Positions 1-10,814 are shown, counted from the stretch's first letter. The stretch: 64,000 bases of DNA from Candidatus Omnitrophota bacterium (GCA_003598025.1 QZKH01000003.1:375221-439220), one strand, 5' to 3'. Notes: generated by a model not told the origin, from the letters alone. Numbers and translations: made by a program.

Positions 1-728
1 TTGATACCGATAAAGTTGGCAAACGACTTACTCATCTTTTGCACTCCATCAAGGCCCTCCAGAATGGGCATTGTCATTACTACCTGTTGCGGCATGCCAT
101 AATCCTTTTGCATATCCCTGCCAACCAATAGATTAAAGATCTGGTCAGTGCCTCCAATTTCTATATCTGCAGCAAGTTTTACCGAATCATACCCCTGTAA
201 AAGCGGATACATAAACTCCAGCAAAGATATATCCTCATTTCTGGATAATCTTTTCTTGAAATCAGCCCTTGCCAACATCTGGGATACTGTAGCATGGGTA
301 GTCAGGTTCAGCATGTCGGCAACCGACATCTTTCTGAACCAGCTGCTGTTAAAGGTTATCTCAACCTTGTTCATATCCAGAATCTTACCGATCTGGTTTT
401 TATATGTCTTTGCATTCTCGGCTACTTCTTTGCTGCCAAGCTGTTTTCTCTTTTCAGACCTGCCCGTCGGGTCTCCTATCATTGCAGTAAAATCGCCTAT
501 CAAGAAAACCACCTTATGCCCAAGTTCCTGGAATTTACGCAATTTCCTTAGAAGTACGCAATGGCCCAGATGCATATCAGGCGCAGTAGGGTCAAAACCG
601 GCTTTTATAATAAGCGGCTTCTTATCCTTGAGGCTATTGTTAAGTTTCAGCCTTAATTCCTGCTCAGAGATTATCTCGACAGCGCCACGCTTAATTATTT
701 CTAGCTGCTCGTTTACGCTCTTAACCAT
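1..728 (-). CDS. tyrS: Tyrosyl-tRNA synthetase, N-terminal part. The gene starts near 728 and runs off the left edge of the window.
   Basis: Reverse-strand translation reads [20 protein letters not shown]...[13 protein letters not shown]...[13 protein letters not shown]. The class I HIGH-type (HLGH) and KMSKS motifs are present. An AGGAA RBS lies upstream. The ORF track misses it because it runs off the window edge. Confidence 0.8.
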   Translation of the reverse strand, partial: MVKSVNEQLEIIKRGAVEIISEQELRLKLNNSLKDKKPLIIKAGFDPTAPDMHLGHCVLLRKLRKFQELGHKVVFLIGDFTAMIGDPTGRSEKRKQLGSKEVAENAKTYKNQIGKILDMNKVEITFNSSWFRKMSVADMLNLTTHATVSQMLARADFKKRLSRNEDISLLEFMYPLLQGYDSVKLAADIEIGGTDQIFNLLVGRDMQKDYGMPQQVVMTMPILEGLDGVQKMSKSFANFIGI

Positions 729-746
729 CTTTATTCCTTTTTAAAG

Positions 747-2288
747 TTAAACTTTTGCGCTTAATCCGATCTTCGCCTGGTCAATATCAACCTTGATTAC
801 CTTTACTTTTATTTTATCGGAAGGTTTAAGTTTAGCAGATTCCTCTTTATCAATTTCGCTGGCGTAAATTAAGCCCTCAAGGTCCTCGTCAATTTTGACA
901 AAGACACCAAAATCGGTAATGCTGACGACTTCGGCTTCAAGCACGGTATCCAAGGGGTACTTCTCGGCAATTTGCTGCCAAGGATTGTCCTGCAGCTGCT
1001 TAAGGCCCAGAGATATCCTCCTGTTTTGGCTGTCAACCGAAAGGATAACTACCTCAATTTTTTGCCCTTTCTTAAGTAATTCCTGAGGATGGTTTATTCT
1101 CTTTGTCCATGACATATCGGAGACATGAATCATACCCTCAAGATTGCTGTCTAGTTCCACAAAAGCTCCGTAGTCGGTAAAACTCCTGACTTTGCCGGTG
1201 ACTTTGGAGTTAACAGGATATCTGTTTTCTGCGTCAAGCCATGGATTCTGCTCCAGTTGTTTAAGGCTCAACGATATTCTCCGGGATTCAATATCCACGC
1301 TCAGAATCTGGGCTTCCACCATATCCCCTATGGCAAATATTTCGTTGGGGTTGCTGATCCTTTTTGTCCATGAGATCTCTGAGATATGGATAAGGCCCTC
1401 TATCCCCTTTTCTAGCTCTACAAAAACCCCATAAGGCAATATATTAACAATTTTGCCTTTGACCTTAGAACCAACGCTATATTTATCCTCAATCCCCTGC
1501 CATGGATCGGGCAACCTTTGCTTCAACCCTAAAGAAACCTTTTCAGCGGCCTTATCCATATTAAGTATCATAACCTCGATCTTGTCTCCAAGAGCCACTA
1601 TCTCGGAAGGATGGCTTATTTTCGACCATGACATATCGGTAATATGCAATAGCCCGTCAACGCCTCCCAAATCGATAAAAGCCCCGAAATCGGTTATTGC
1701 CTTAACAGTCCCGGAAAATACCTGGCCGATCTTTAGGTCGTTCCACACCTTCTCCTTGACCTCTTCTTTGAATTTCTGCACGGCTTCCTTCCGGGAAAGG
1801 ATTATGCTGTGCCTTAGATTGTTTATCTTAACGATTTTAAACTTAAATTCTTTGCTTAAGATATCCCTGTCCTGTATACCTTTAAAGGAAGATAGCGATA
1901 GGGGCAGAAATCCTTCCACACCCATGACATCCACAAGGAACCCTCCTTTTACTTTTTTATTCGGCCTGCCGCTGACAAATTCCTGAGTATTATATGAACT
2001 GACTATCTTATCCCAACCCTTGATCCGGATTGCTTTTTCCCGTGATAAGCCGATCATGCCGGAGTCGTCTTCGATTGAGTCAACAAGAAAATCAAGCTCC
2101 TTATCGACCTGAAGGTCTTCCTTGCTGAATTCTGAGATAGGAACGATTCCTTCCGATTTAAATCCCACATCGACTAAAACCTCTTTAGGTTTGACAGAAA
2201 CGATTCTACCCTTAATTATCTGGCCTTCGCTTATATCCTTGATACTTTCATTGTAAAGCTGCTCTAAACTCATGCTTGCGTCTTTCAT
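747..2288 (-). CDS. rpsA: 30S ribosomal protein S1
   Basis: 513 aa with repeated S1 RNA-binding domain signatures (G.V.G.V..I..FGAFV.L..G..GL.HIS). Confidence 0.85.
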   Translation of the reverse strand: MKDASMSLEQLYNESIKDISEGQIIKGRIVSVKPKEVLVDVGFKSEGIVPISEFSKEDLQVDKELDFLVDSIEDDSGMIGLSREKAIRIKGWDKIVSSYNTQEFVSGRPNKKVKGGFLVDVMGVEGFLPLSLSSFKGIQDRDILSKEFKFKIVKINNLRHSIILSRKEAVQKFKEEVKEKVWNDLKIGQVFSGTVKAITDFGAFIDLGGVDGLLHITDMSWSKISHPSEIVALGDKIEVMILNMDKAAEKVSLGLKQRLPDPWQGIEDKYSVGSKVKGKIVNILPYGVFVELEKGIEGLIHISEISWTKRISNPNEIFAIGDMVEAQILSVDIESRRISLSLKQLEQNPWLDAENRYPVNSKVTGKVRSFTDYGAFVELDSNLEGMIHVSDMSWTKRINHPQELLKKGQKIEVVILSVDSQNRRISLGLKQLQDNPWQQIAEKYPLDTVLEAEVVSITDFGVFVKIDEDLEGLIYASEIDKEESAKLKPSDKIKVKVIKVDIDQAKIGLSAKV

Positions 2289-2392
2289 TTATTGATTCCT
2301 CCTAATATTATTTTAGTTAGTTTTTTACGTTAGTATCCACAAAACCGCACCTTTTAAGGTACGGATGGAGTGTGTACGTTCAGTATTCCGCT

Positions 2393-2420
2393 CCAAGAAA
2401 CCTCAGGCTAAAGCCTGAGG
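2393..2420 (-). terminator. Candidate rho-independent terminator downstream of plsC
   Basis: Perfect hairpin cctcaggc-taaa-gcctgagg, followed on the minus strand by TTTCTT. It sits between the plsC stop and the rpsA leader. Confidence 0.3.
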
Positions 2421-2515
2421 GCCTTCATTTTCTATTTATTTTAACTTGCTACAAAAAAACACCTCCCTTACGGATAATTTTTAGACCTTAAGGCATCGCC
2501 CCAGAATAATCATTA

Positions 2516-3112
2516 TCAGGCATTTGAGACAGAGGCGATATCTTTTATTTCCCGCATTACACGCTGGGCATTTTCTTCATACGATAACGCAGGATCTGAA
2601 ACCAGCTGTTTGCCAAAAATAACTTTTATCTTGGCAAATTTTATAAATTTAGCGCCCTTAGGAAGCACCAGGTTACTTCCGGTTATAAAAGCCGGGACTA
2701 CGGGTGCCTGGGTTTTTGACATAAGAAAACCTACGCCTGCACGCGGGTCTTTGATTTGGCCGTCGGCACTGCGTGTCCCCTCCGGGAATAATATAATACC
2801 GAAATTAGCCTTGACTTCCCTTATGGCTATTTTTAATGCCGATATATCTGCGGAACCGCGTTTAAGCTTAATAGTCCTTAAAAGAGGAAGCAACCAGTTC
2901 ATGACAGGGGCTTCAAAAAGATCGTGCCTGGCCATATAGCTTACTTTCCTGGGACATGCAACTCCCAAAACAACAGGATCAAAATAGCTTACATGGTTAG
3001 ACACCAGTATAAAACCGCCGCTTCTCGGAATATTTTCCAGGCCGCTCACACCAAGCCTGAAGAAAATCTTAAGCACAACAAAACAAATAAATCTTGCGAT
3101 ATTATAAAACAT
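2516..3112 (-). CDS. plsC: 1-acyl-sn-glycerol-3-phosphate acyltransferase
   Basis: NHVSYFDP (HX4D acyltransferase motif) and a downstream FPEGTRS motif. Confidence 0.75.
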   Translation of the reverse strand: MFYNIARFICFVVLKIFFRLGVSGLENIPRSGGFILVSNHVSYFDPVVLGVACPRKVSYMARHDLFEAPVMNWLLPLLRTIKLKRGSADISALKIAIREVKANFGIILFPEGTRSADGQIKDPRAGVGFLMSKTQAPVVPAFITGSNLVLPKGAKFIKFAKIKVIFGKQLVSDPALSYEENAQRVMREIKDIASVSNA

Positions 3113-4487
3113 CAGTAACCATCTTAGTGCCGTAAGATAAAAGCTGTTTTGAACGCAAAAGACTCCTGGCTTCCGAATAGATCCGCATTATCGGTTCTGT
3201 GCCCGAACCCCTGAACATCAGCCAGCCTTCATCCTCACAAATCAATTTTATGCCGTCAAAATCCTTTATCTGCACAACCTTCTTGCCCAATATTTCTTTT
3301 GGCAGGACCAGGTCTTTGATATCGACCATTGTTTTTAGGCGGAGGTCATTTCTCAAATAATAATATTTACCAAATTTTTTCTCTGTCTCTTCAAGGATCT
3401 TTCTTATGTCTTTGTTCCGGTAAACCATCATCTCAAGAAGCAATAAACCTGCAACAGTGCCATCGCGTTCAGGGATATATCCTTTTACCCCCATACCTCC
3501 TGCCTCTTCGCCTCCTGTTACGATATCCTCTTTCTCCATAAGATTTGATATGTACTTAAAACCAACCGGGGTTTCATATAATTTTACTTTCAGGGCATCA
3601 GCGATATTATCAATCATGGTCGAGCCGGCGATAGTTTTTACGATACCACCTGACCAGCCGCGGTCCTCATGCAGATGCAATGCAAGCAAGCCTAGTATTT
3701 TCTGCGGATGTATAAAAAGCCCTCCTGGAGCAACAGCTGCGATCCTGTCTGCATCACCGTCTAAGGCTATGCCCAGGTCAAATTTTCCATCTTTTACCCT
3801 TCTTTTTAACTCAGCAAGATTGTCTTCGATCGGTTCCGGCCCGCGGCCGCCGAAAGCCGGATTCACATCATTCCTGATAAACTCAATCTTTATATTTGTA
3901 CCTTTAAGCACCTGGCTTATATAACTGTCCCCTGAACCATGCATTGAATCTACAAGCACCTTGAATTTCTTGCTTTTTATACGTTTGAAATCAATATAAT
4001 TCCTGATAAAACTTATATAATCATTAACCATATTGTATTCTTTTATTTGAACAGAGTCAGTGCTGTCTTTAACAACAGGATTCTTACCGAGAAGCCCTTC
4101 AACTTCAGCAGTTACTTCAGGCCCGGCAGCCCCTCCGGCAGAATTTTTTATTTTAAAACCATTGTATTCGGGAGGGTTATGCGAGGCGGTTATCATTATT
4201 CCCAAATCAAGCTTCTTATTCTTCACCGCAAAGCTTAACGTAGGAGTAGGTATTGCCCTATCAGAAAGCAATACAGAATGCTTGTTATTGCTTAACACCT
4301 TGGATACGATTTTAGCGAATTTATCGGACATAAAACGCGTATCAAAACCCACCGCTACTTTTTTTGGCCCTGACAAATAATCTGAAACAGCCTGAGAAAC
4401 TATTTTAAGATTCTCGAATGTATAGTTGTCTGCTATGACGCCGCGCCAGCCGTCAGTCCCGAATTTTATTTCATCCCTGTCCTTCAT
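3102..4487 (-). CDS. Phosphoglucomutase/phosphomannomutase family (alpha-D-phosphohexomutase)
   Basis: Active-site phosphoserine loop GIMITASHNPPEYNGFK. 461 aa. Confidence 0.75.
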   Translation of the reverse strand: MKDRDEIKFGTDGWRGVIADNYTFENLKIVSQAVSDYLSGPKKVAVGFDTRFMSDKFAKIVSKVLSNNKHSVLLSDRAIPTPTLSFAVKNKKLDLGIMITASHNPPEYNGFKIKNSAGGAAGPEVTAEVEGLLGKNPVVKDSTDSVQIKEYNMVNDYISFIRNYIDFKRIKSKKFKVLVDSMHGSGDSYISQVLKGTNIKIEFIRNDVNPAFGGRGPEPIEDNLAELKRRVKDGKFDLGIALDGDADRIAAVAPGGLFIHPQKILGLLALHLHEDRGWSGGIVKTIAGSTMIDNIADALKVKLYETPVGFKYISNLMEKEDIVTGGEEAGGMGVKGYIPERDGTVAGLLLLEMMVYRNKDIRKILEETEKKFGKYYYLRNDLRLKTMVDIKDLVLPKEILGKKVVQIKDFDGIKLICEDEGWLMFRGSGTEPIMRIYSEARSLLRSKQLLSYGTKMVTDVL

Positions 4488-5122
4488 AATTTCATCCTTT
4501 CTATTGCTGTCTTTACATCGTTGGATTTAAATATATAAGAGGCGGCTACAAGTATGTTCGCACCTGCCTCTTTTGCTAACCTGCCAGTATGTTCATTTAT
4601 GCCTCCATCAACGGCAATATCTCCGTCATAAATACTGCGTAGTTTTTTTATTTTAGGTAATACCCGCGGAATAAAACTCTGCCCCGAGAACCCGGGCCTT
4701 ACCGACATAACCAAGATAAAATCAACACATCCAATAACATCTTTGATCCTGCTTAAAGGCGTGGATGGATTAAGAGATATACCGGGACGGGCCTTAAGCC
4801 TGCGTATCTTGACTGCCAACTTCTTAAAAGCTGCGGGAGTGATTGCTTCAATATGCAGAGTAACGATATCTGCTCCTGCCTTTATGAATTCTTCTATATA
4901 GTCCTGGGGCCTCTCTATCATCAAATGCGCTTCAATAGGGAGTTTCGTGACTTTGCGTATGTCTTTTACCACAACGGGACCGATGGTTATATTAGGGACA
5001 AAATTACCGTCCATAACGTCAACGTGGATCATATCCGCACCGGAAGACTCGACCATTTTTATCTGTTCGCCCAGGCAGGAAAAATCAGCAGACAAAATCG
5101 ACGGAGAAACCTGTATCTTCAT
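4484..5122 (-). CDS. rpe: Ribulose-phosphate 3-epimerase
   Basis: Begins MKIQVSPSILSADF..MIHVDVMDGNFVPNIT, as RPE does. 4-bp overlap with the upstream gene. Confidence 0.85.
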   Translation of the reverse strand: MKIQVSPSILSADFSCLGEQIKMVESSGADMIHVDVMDGNFVPNITIGPVVVKDIRKVTKLPIEAHLMIERPQDYIEEFIKAGADIVTLHIEAITPAAFKKLAVKIRRLKARPGISLNPSTPLSRIKDVIGCVDFILVMSVRPGFSGQSFIPRVLPKIKKLRSIYDGDIAVDGGINEHTGRLAKEAGANILVAASYIFKSNDVKTAIERMKL

Positions 5123-5685
5123 ATGTATAGCCTCTTTCTTAAGATATACCTAAAGACCTTATCCGGGACAAGATACCTGAAAGATTTTCCTTCTCTGATA
5201 CTCTTTCTTATCTCAAAGGCAGAAATATCCACTGCCCTGATATTAATTTTTGAAATATATGAGGGGATCTTTTCTAAGGGGTATCCCGGACGGGTCGCCA
5301 CTATGAACTTGACCATCTTAATAATCTCATCCAGGTCCTTCCATTCATCCAGATAATTCAACAGGTCTGAGCCGGTAATAAAAAAAAGTTCAGCCTTAGG
5401 ATATACCTTCCTTAATTCCCCTAAAGTATCTATTGTAAAAGATGGCCCTTTCCTTTTAATTTCTATGTCCGAGACCGAAAAATATTTGTTCCCTTCTATG
5501 GCCATTTTAACCATTTTATACCGGTCGCCTGCCGAAGCGATATCTGAGCTATCCTTATGCGGCGGCAGGAATGTAGGCACAAATATTACATGGTCAAAGG
5601 AAAGCTTCTCTCTAATTTCTTCGGCCATAATTAAGTGGCCTACATGTATCGGATTAAAGGTGCCCCCCAGAATCCCCAGTTTCAT
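5119..5685 (-). CDS. nadD: Nicotinate-nucleotide adenylyltransferase
   Basis: GILGGTFNPIHVGH nucleotidyltransferase motif. Confidence 0.8.
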   Translation of the reverse strand: MKLGILGGTFNPIHVGHLIMAEEIREKLSFDHVIFVPTFLPPHKDSSDIASAGDRYKMVKMAIEGNKYFSVSDIEIKRKGPSFTIDTLGELRKVYPKAELFFITGSDLLNYLDEWKDLDEIIKMVKFIVATRPGYPLEKIPSYISKINIRAVDISAFEIRKSIREGKSFRYLVPDKVFRYILRKRLYI

Positions 5686-6938
5686 TGTCTTATTTGCCCG
5701 TTTCCAAAAACCATATATTTATAAGTGGTCAGTTCTTCGAGCGCCATTGGCCCCCGTGCATGCAACTTATCCGTGGATATACCGATTTCAGCCCCCATCC
5801 CAAACTGATAACCATCGGTAAAACGGGTAGAGGCATTAACATAAACACATGCCGAATCAACCTGTTTAAGGAATTCCATGGCGTTATCGTAATTTTCAGT
5901 AACTATGGAATCAGAATGATGAGAACCATAATTATTTATATGGTCTATCGCAGCTTTCACATCATTAACGACCTTGACTGAAAGCACAAGATCAAGGTAT
6001 TCTGTCCGGTAATCTTTTTCAGTGGCCTTTCTTAAGCCTTTGACTATTTTTAAAGTGATCGGACAGCCGCGTATTTGGACTCCGGAAGCACGTAATTTTT
6101 TCAGCATTGAAGGCAGGAACCTTACGGCAGCGTCCTTATGTACAAGCATACTCTCCATAGCATTGCATACTCCCGGACGCTGGACTTTAGCGTTAAAACA
6201 TATGCTCTCAGCCATATTTAAATCCGCCCATTCATCTACATAAACATGACATATACCCTTATAGTGTTTGATTACAGGAATTTTTGAGATCTCTGTAACC
6301 CTGTTTATAAGCCCTTGGCCGCCTCTAGGAATGACCAAATCAATATCATTATTAAGAGCCAGCAGGTAATCGACAGCCTTCCTGTGCTTAAATTCCAACA
6401 GGTTCGCTGCACCTTTAGGTATATGGTTTGCAAGCAATACTTTATTAAGCACCTTGAAAATAGCCAGGTTAGAATACAATGATTCGCTCCCCCCCTTTAA
6501 TATGACACTGTTACCTGACTTGAAACATAAGCCTATACAGTCAGAGGTGACATTAGGGCGAGATTCATAAATAATGGCAATAACTCCTATCGGCACACGC
6601 ACCTTATGGATCCAAAGCCCATTGGGTCTTCTCCAGGCTTTAATAACTTCTCCGATAGGATCGCTCAGCTTAGAAATCTCAAGCAAAGAATCAGACATAT
6701 CAGCTATTCTTTTGTCGCTGAGTATAAGACGGTCAATAAAAGCTGCACCCAACTTCATTTTCCTTGCTGCGCTGATATCTTTTTTATTGCCATTGATAAT
6801 CTCAGCTTTAAATCTTATTAATGCCAGTGCCATATCTTTAATAATCTTATTCTTCTTTTCAGAAGAAAGATTCACCAGGGCGCTAGCAGCAAGTCTGGCT
6901 TCTGAAGCCATTCTTTTTATTTCTTTTTTAGAATCCAT
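5682..6938 (-). CDS. proA: Gamma-glutamyl phosphate reductase (glutamate-5-semialdehyde dehydrogenase)
   Basis: 418 aa. Aldehyde dehydrogenase fold. The ProA-type C-terminus NASTRFTDGYQFGMGAEIGIST is present. It sits next to proB. Confidence 0.85.
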   Translation of the reverse strand: MDSKKEIKRMASEARLAASALVNLSSEKKNKIIKDMALALIRFKAEIINGNKKDISAARKMKLGAAFIDRLILSDKRIADMSDSLLEISKLSDPIGEVIKAWRRPNGLWIHKVRVPIGVIAIIYESRPNVTSDCIGLCFKSGNSVILKGGSESLYSNLAIFKVLNKVLLANHIPKGAANLLEFKHRKAVDYLLALNNDIDLVIPRGGQGLINRVTEISKIPVIKHYKGICHVYVDEWADLNMAESICFNAKVQRPGVCNAMESMLVHKDAAVRFLPSMLKKLRASGVQIRGCPITLKIVKGLRKATEKDYRTEYLDLVLSVKVVNDVKAAIDHINNYGSHHSDSIVTENYDNAMEFLKQVDSACVYVNASTRFTDGYQFGMGAEIGISTDKLHARGPMALEELTTYKYMVFGNGQIRQ

Positions 6939-6961
6939 AATCCACCCCTTTAAAGGAATAG

Positions 6962-8011
6962 TTAGATCAAAAGAACCAGGTTGTCACAATGTATTATCTC
7001 TTTAGGGAAACGCCTGCCTTTTATTTTATCGACTTCTTTCTCGGAAAAGTCAGCTCTGCCCCGGGCAAATTCATTATTTTCGGAATCAATGATACTTACC
7101 ACATCTCCGCGCTCAAAAGAGCCTTTAGTGGCAATTACACCAACAGATAATAGGCTCTTCTTCCTTAACAGTGCTTCCTTTGCACCGTCATCAACTACGA
7201 TCTTGCCTAAAGGGTTTGTTCCATGCGCTATCCAATGCTTCCTGGAACTAAGCTTATTTTGAGATAAAAATAGAGTTCCGCTGCCCTCAGGGTCAATTAA
7301 TACGGAATTTATGATACCTGGCTTTCTTCCATTTGCTATAACGCATGGGATACCTGAATCAATAGCGATTTTGGCAGCTTCAAGCTTGGTAATCATGCCT
7401 CCGACGCAGGTCTTTTTACTGGTCGGACATGCTAATTCTTTAATCTGAGATGTAATCTGAGTAACCAGGCTGATTAACTTTCTCTTTTTATCCAGCAATC
7501 CATCAACATCAGAAAGTATTATAAGCAAATCAGCTGAAATTAATTTTGCCACAAGCGCTGATAACCTGTCATTATCCCCAAACTTAATCTCATTTGTGGA
7601 TACAGTGTCATTTTCATTTACTATCGGAAGGCTCTTATATTTAAGCAGGGCAAGCAAGGTTTCTCTTGCTCTTAAATAACGCTTACGGTCATTAAAATCT
7701 TCCCAGGTAAGAAGCACCTGTGCTGTTCTTGTTTTACCATTAAAGAATCCCCGGTAAGCGCTCATTAATTCGTTCTGCCCAATAGCTGAAGAGGCCTGTA
7801 AAGCGCTCATTTGCCTTGGCCTTTCCTTTAACCCCAAGGCACGCACTCCGCATGCAATAGCCCCGGAAGACACCAGCACAACCTCTTTCTTGCCGTCAAT
7901 AAGCGATTGCACCTGGGCGCATACTTCATAAAGCGCATCGAGCTCCAAAGATTCGCTACCGCCAAATATACTGCTACCGATTTTTATAACGATCCTCTTA
8001 AAGTTTTTCAT
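6962..8011 (-). CDS. proB: Glutamate 5-kinase with C-terminal PUA domain
   Basis: IVIKIGSS...VSSGAIA amino-acid kinase motifs. C-terminal PUA-like segment. Confidence 0.85.
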   Translation of the reverse strand: MKNFKRIVIKIGSSIFGGSESLELDALYEVCAQVQSLIDGKKEVVLVSSGAIACGVRALGLKERPRQMSALQASSAIGQNELMSAYRGFFNGKTRTAQVLLTWEDFNDRKRYLRARETLLALLKYKSLPIVNENDTVSTNEIKFGDNDRLSALVAKLISADLLIILSDVDGLLDKKRKLISLVTQITSQIKELACPTSKKTCVGGMITKLEAAKIAIDSGIPCVIANGRKPGIINSVLIDPEGSGTLFLSQNKLSSRKHWIAHGTNPLGKIVVDDGAKEALLRKKSLLSVGVIATKGSFERGDVVSIIDSENNEFARGRADFSEKEVDKIKGRRFPKEIIHCDNLVLLI

Positions 8012-8951
8012 TTATCGCCTCTATCAGTTCTTTAAGCCCGGTTTTTTCTAAGGCTGAGATCGGATATATTTTCTTTTTTATCTTCCTTCTGAATTTCTTA
8101 AGATTCTCATCCGAACCAGCTATGTCCATTTTATTAGCCGCAATCACCTGCGGCTTTTTATTAAGCAATGGGCTATGTTTTTTTAACTCAACAATAATTT
8201 TCTTATAATCCTCAACCGGATCCCTGCCTTCAACTGCGGCCATGTCAATTACATGGAGCAGGACCTTGGTCCTTTCAATATGCCTGAGGAATTTATCTCC
8301 CAGGCCTTTGCCGGAAGAAGAACCCTCGATTAGGCCGGGTATATCAGCGATTATAAATTTATTAGAACCTGTATTTACGCTTCCCAGGACCGGGAATTTG
8401 GTAGTGAAAGGGTATGATGCTATCTCTGGGCGCGCATTTGAAATAGCCGTAATAAGGGTAGATTTACCAGCATTAGGAAAGCCTATAATACCGACATCGG
8501 CAATAAGCTTTAAATCCAGTATTAAATCTCTTTCTTGCCCAGGCTGGCCATCGGTGACCTCTTTATTCCGGTAATTACCATTACCTCCCAGCCCGCCTTT
8601 TGCTACAACAAATTCTTCCTGGTCATTCTCCAGGTCACGCAAGATACAACCGCTGGCAAGGTCTTTAATAACAGTTCCGCAGGGTACGCGGATGATCAGG
8701 TTTTGGGCGTCCCTCCCTTTTTGATTTTTGCCTGATCCGTGCGAACCGTTTTGTCCATTAAAATGCCTGTTATACTGGAAATCCAGCAAAGTGCTTAAAT
8801 TACGGTCAGCGCGGATTACAACGCTTGCTCCGTCACCGCCGCTACCGCCATCAGGTATTCCTTTTCTCTGGTATTTATCCCGATAGAAACTTTTGCAACC
8901 TTTGCCACCGTTGCCTGCCTTAACATTAATTTTGACGGTATCAATGAACAT
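7998..8951 (-). CDS. obg: GTPase Obg/CgtA. Short form (317 aa) without a C-terminal extension.
   Basis: Gly-rich Obg fold (GGKGGNGG.., GG.GG.G) followed by G1-G4 GTPase motifs (GFPNAGKST). Confidence 0.85.
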   Translation of the reverse strand: MFIDTVKINVKAGNGGKGCKSFYRDKYQRKGIPDGGSGGDGASVVIRADRNLSTLLDFQYNRHFNGQNGSHGSGKNQKGRDAQNLIIRVPCGTVIKDLASGCILRDLENDQEEFVVAKGGLGGNGNYRNKEVTDGQPGQERDLILDLKLIADVGIIGFPNAGKSTLITAISNARPEIASYPFTTKFPVLGSVNTGSNKFIIADIPGLIEGSSSGKGLGDKFLRHIERTKVLLHVIDMAAVEGRDPVEDYKKIIVELKKHSPLLNKKPQVIAANKMDIAGSDENLKKFRRKIKKKIYPISALEKTGLKELIEAINEKL

Positions 8952-8955
8952 CCAT

Positions 8956-9273
8956 TTATTTACCTACCTTTATATCTTTGATTTTGATCCTAGTAAGTTG
9001 CTGACGGTGGCCTTTCGTCCAATGAGAAGACTTCCTCCGGCGGTATTTAAAAGATATTTTTTTATCCGACTTTACCTGGTCAAGCACTGAGGCATGGACT
9101 ATCGCATTCTTTAAATAAGGCTGCCCTATCAGGATATTCTCTGAATCCGCTGTCAGTAGTACTTTATCCAGCAAAAGCTCTTTGTTTTTCTGAGCGTCCT
9201 GCTTCTCAACATCAATAATATCGTCCTTTTTTACAACATATTGTTTTGCTCCAACTTCAATAACTGCATACAT
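8956..9273 (-). CDS. rplU: 50S ribosomal protein L21
   Basis: Starts MYAVIEVGAKQYVV, as L21 does. Confidence 0.85.
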   Translation of the reverse strand: MYAVIEVGAKQYVVKKDDIIDVEKQDAQKNKELLLDKVLLTADSENILIGQPYLKNAIVHASVLDQVKSDKKISFKYRRRKSSHWTKGHRQQLTRIKIKDIKVGK

Positions 9274-9365
9274 TTGTTATCCTCCTTAAATCAAATATTA
9301 GTTACGGGTGAGCATAAATTATACTACCTAAGCCTGGTCAGGTCAAGGATAAATTAAGCATTAAT

Positions 9366-10814
9366 TCAATAGATGCTGACTTCCTCTATATGCATGGAAG
9401 GGTCAGGGATAAGATTGATCTTGGTCCTGAATTTATTTTCCAGATACCTAAGGCTGTTTTTGTTTCTTAGCACCTCTTCGGCAACCAGGGAATTCAGTTT
9501 AAGGTTCAATTGCCTGTCCTTTTGAGGTTTCATGACTTTAAGCGCTTTTTTCAGTTCTTTCATTGCCGAAATTGATATGGTAAGCACGCTCCTTATCTTG
9601 CCTTTTCCGTTGCAATAAGGGCAATTTTGGAAGGTCATAGTCTGGACTGTATTGTGTATCCTCTCCCTGGTCATTTCAACTAAACCGAATTTAGAAATAC
9701 CGAGGATATCGTATTTAGCCCTATCATTACTAAGAGCGCGCTTAAGGGTATTTAAGACTTCCCTGCGATGGTTTTCTCTCTGCATATCAATAAAATCTAT
9801 CACTATAATCCCGCCCAAATCCCTTAGCACTAATTGCCGCGCCACTTCTTCGGCCGCCTCGCAATTAACCTTAAAAGCCGCTTCTTCCTGTTGGATATTT
9901 CTCTTAAATCCGCCGCTGTTAACGTCAATGACCACCAGACCCTCTGTCGGCTCGATAACCAGGTAGGCCTTAGATTTTAAATAAACTTTTGCATCAAATA
10001 TCCTGTTTATCTGTTTTTCGATATCTTTATCCAGGAATAAGTCTTCGCCCCTGTATAAATCTACCTTTGAGTTAAGATAATTCATAAAGGCCTTCATGAA
10101 CCTTTTTATCCTTATGAATTCATTCTTGGAATCAACTATTAACTTATCGACATCATCGCTGAATGAATCCCTGATAACCCTGAAAACCAAATCGTATTCT
10201 TCATATATTAGCGCAGGGGACTTCCTGGCCTGGATTATCCTCTCGATCCTCTTCCATAGCTTTATAAGAAAATAAGCGTCTCTCTGCAACTCCTGCTTTG
10301 ACTTCCCCCAGGCAGCAGTCCGGACGATAAAACCTACGCCCTTGGGCAGCTTGATCTCCGCAAGTATTGACCTGAGCCGTTTTCTTTCCTCATCATCTTC
10401 TATCCTTCGCGAAACCCCAATTTGCGAATCTTGAGGCATAAGCACAATATATCTTCCGGCTATGCCTATGTGGCAAGAAAGCCTCGGGCCTTTATTCCCA
10501 AAAGATTCTTTGACTACCTGCACCAGGACCTCCTGGCCCTTTTCTACTTTCTTTGCAGAAAAAACGGCATTATCAGATAATTCATAATTCGAATCAATCT
10601 CAGAAAGATAAAGGAACCCCTTTTTGTTTAAACCGATATCGACAAATGCCGCCCCAATAGAAGGCATAACTGCCTCTATCCTGCCTTTATAGATATTACC
10701 GACTATTGTTTTATCCTGGGGCCTCTCAATATAAAACTCCTGGAGCCGCCCGTCTTTTACTATCGCTACTCTCTTTTCCTGCTCTTCAATATTGATTAGA
10801 ATTTCTTTATGCAT
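9366..10814 (-). CDS. rng: Ribonuclease E/G family endoribonuclease
   Basis: N-terminal S1 domain (GNIYKGRIEAVMPSIGAAFVDIG) and the RNase E/G catalytic core. 482 aa. Confidence 0.8.
   Translation of the reverse strand: MHKEILINIEEQEKRVAIVKDGRLQEFYIERPQDKTIVGNIYKGRIEAVMPSIGAAFVDIGLNKKGFLYLSEIDSNYELSDNAVFSAKKVEKGQEVLVQVVKESFGNKGPRLSCHIGIAGRYIVLMPQDSQIGVSRRIEDDEERKRLRSILAEIKLPKGVGFIVRTAAWGKSKQELQRDAYFLIKLWKRIERIIQARKSPALIYEEYDLVFRVIRDSFSDDVDKLIVDSKNEFIRIKRFMKAFMNYLNSKVDLYRGEDLFLDKDIEKQINRIFDAKVYLKSKAYLVIEPTEGLVVIDVNSGGFKRNIQQEEAAFKVNCEAAEEVARQLVLRDLGGIIVIDFIDMQRENHRREVLNTLKRALSNDRAKYDILGISKFGLVEMTRERIHNTVQTMTFQNCPYCNGKGKIRSVLTISISAMKELKKALKVMKPQKDRQLNLKLNSLVAEEVLRNKNSLRYLENKFRTKINLIPDPSMHIEEVSIY

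Noticed and set aside
148-744. 198-aa plus-strand ORF, and many other plus-strand ORFs in the track (for example 1453..1986, 3457..3924, 37327..38112, 45074..45739)
   Set aside because: They lie antisense to, and fully inside, well-supported minus-strand genes such as tyrS, rpsA, the mutase, clpB and the recombinase. Their translations are low-complexity and rich in S, L, F and I. They are shadow ORFs.
2289-2515. 227-bp intergenic region upstream of rpsA, considered for a small RNA or an S1 autoregulatory leader
   Set aside because: Apart from one clean hairpin (2401-2420), which is better explained as the plsC terminator, I see no conserved structure I can support from sequence alone.
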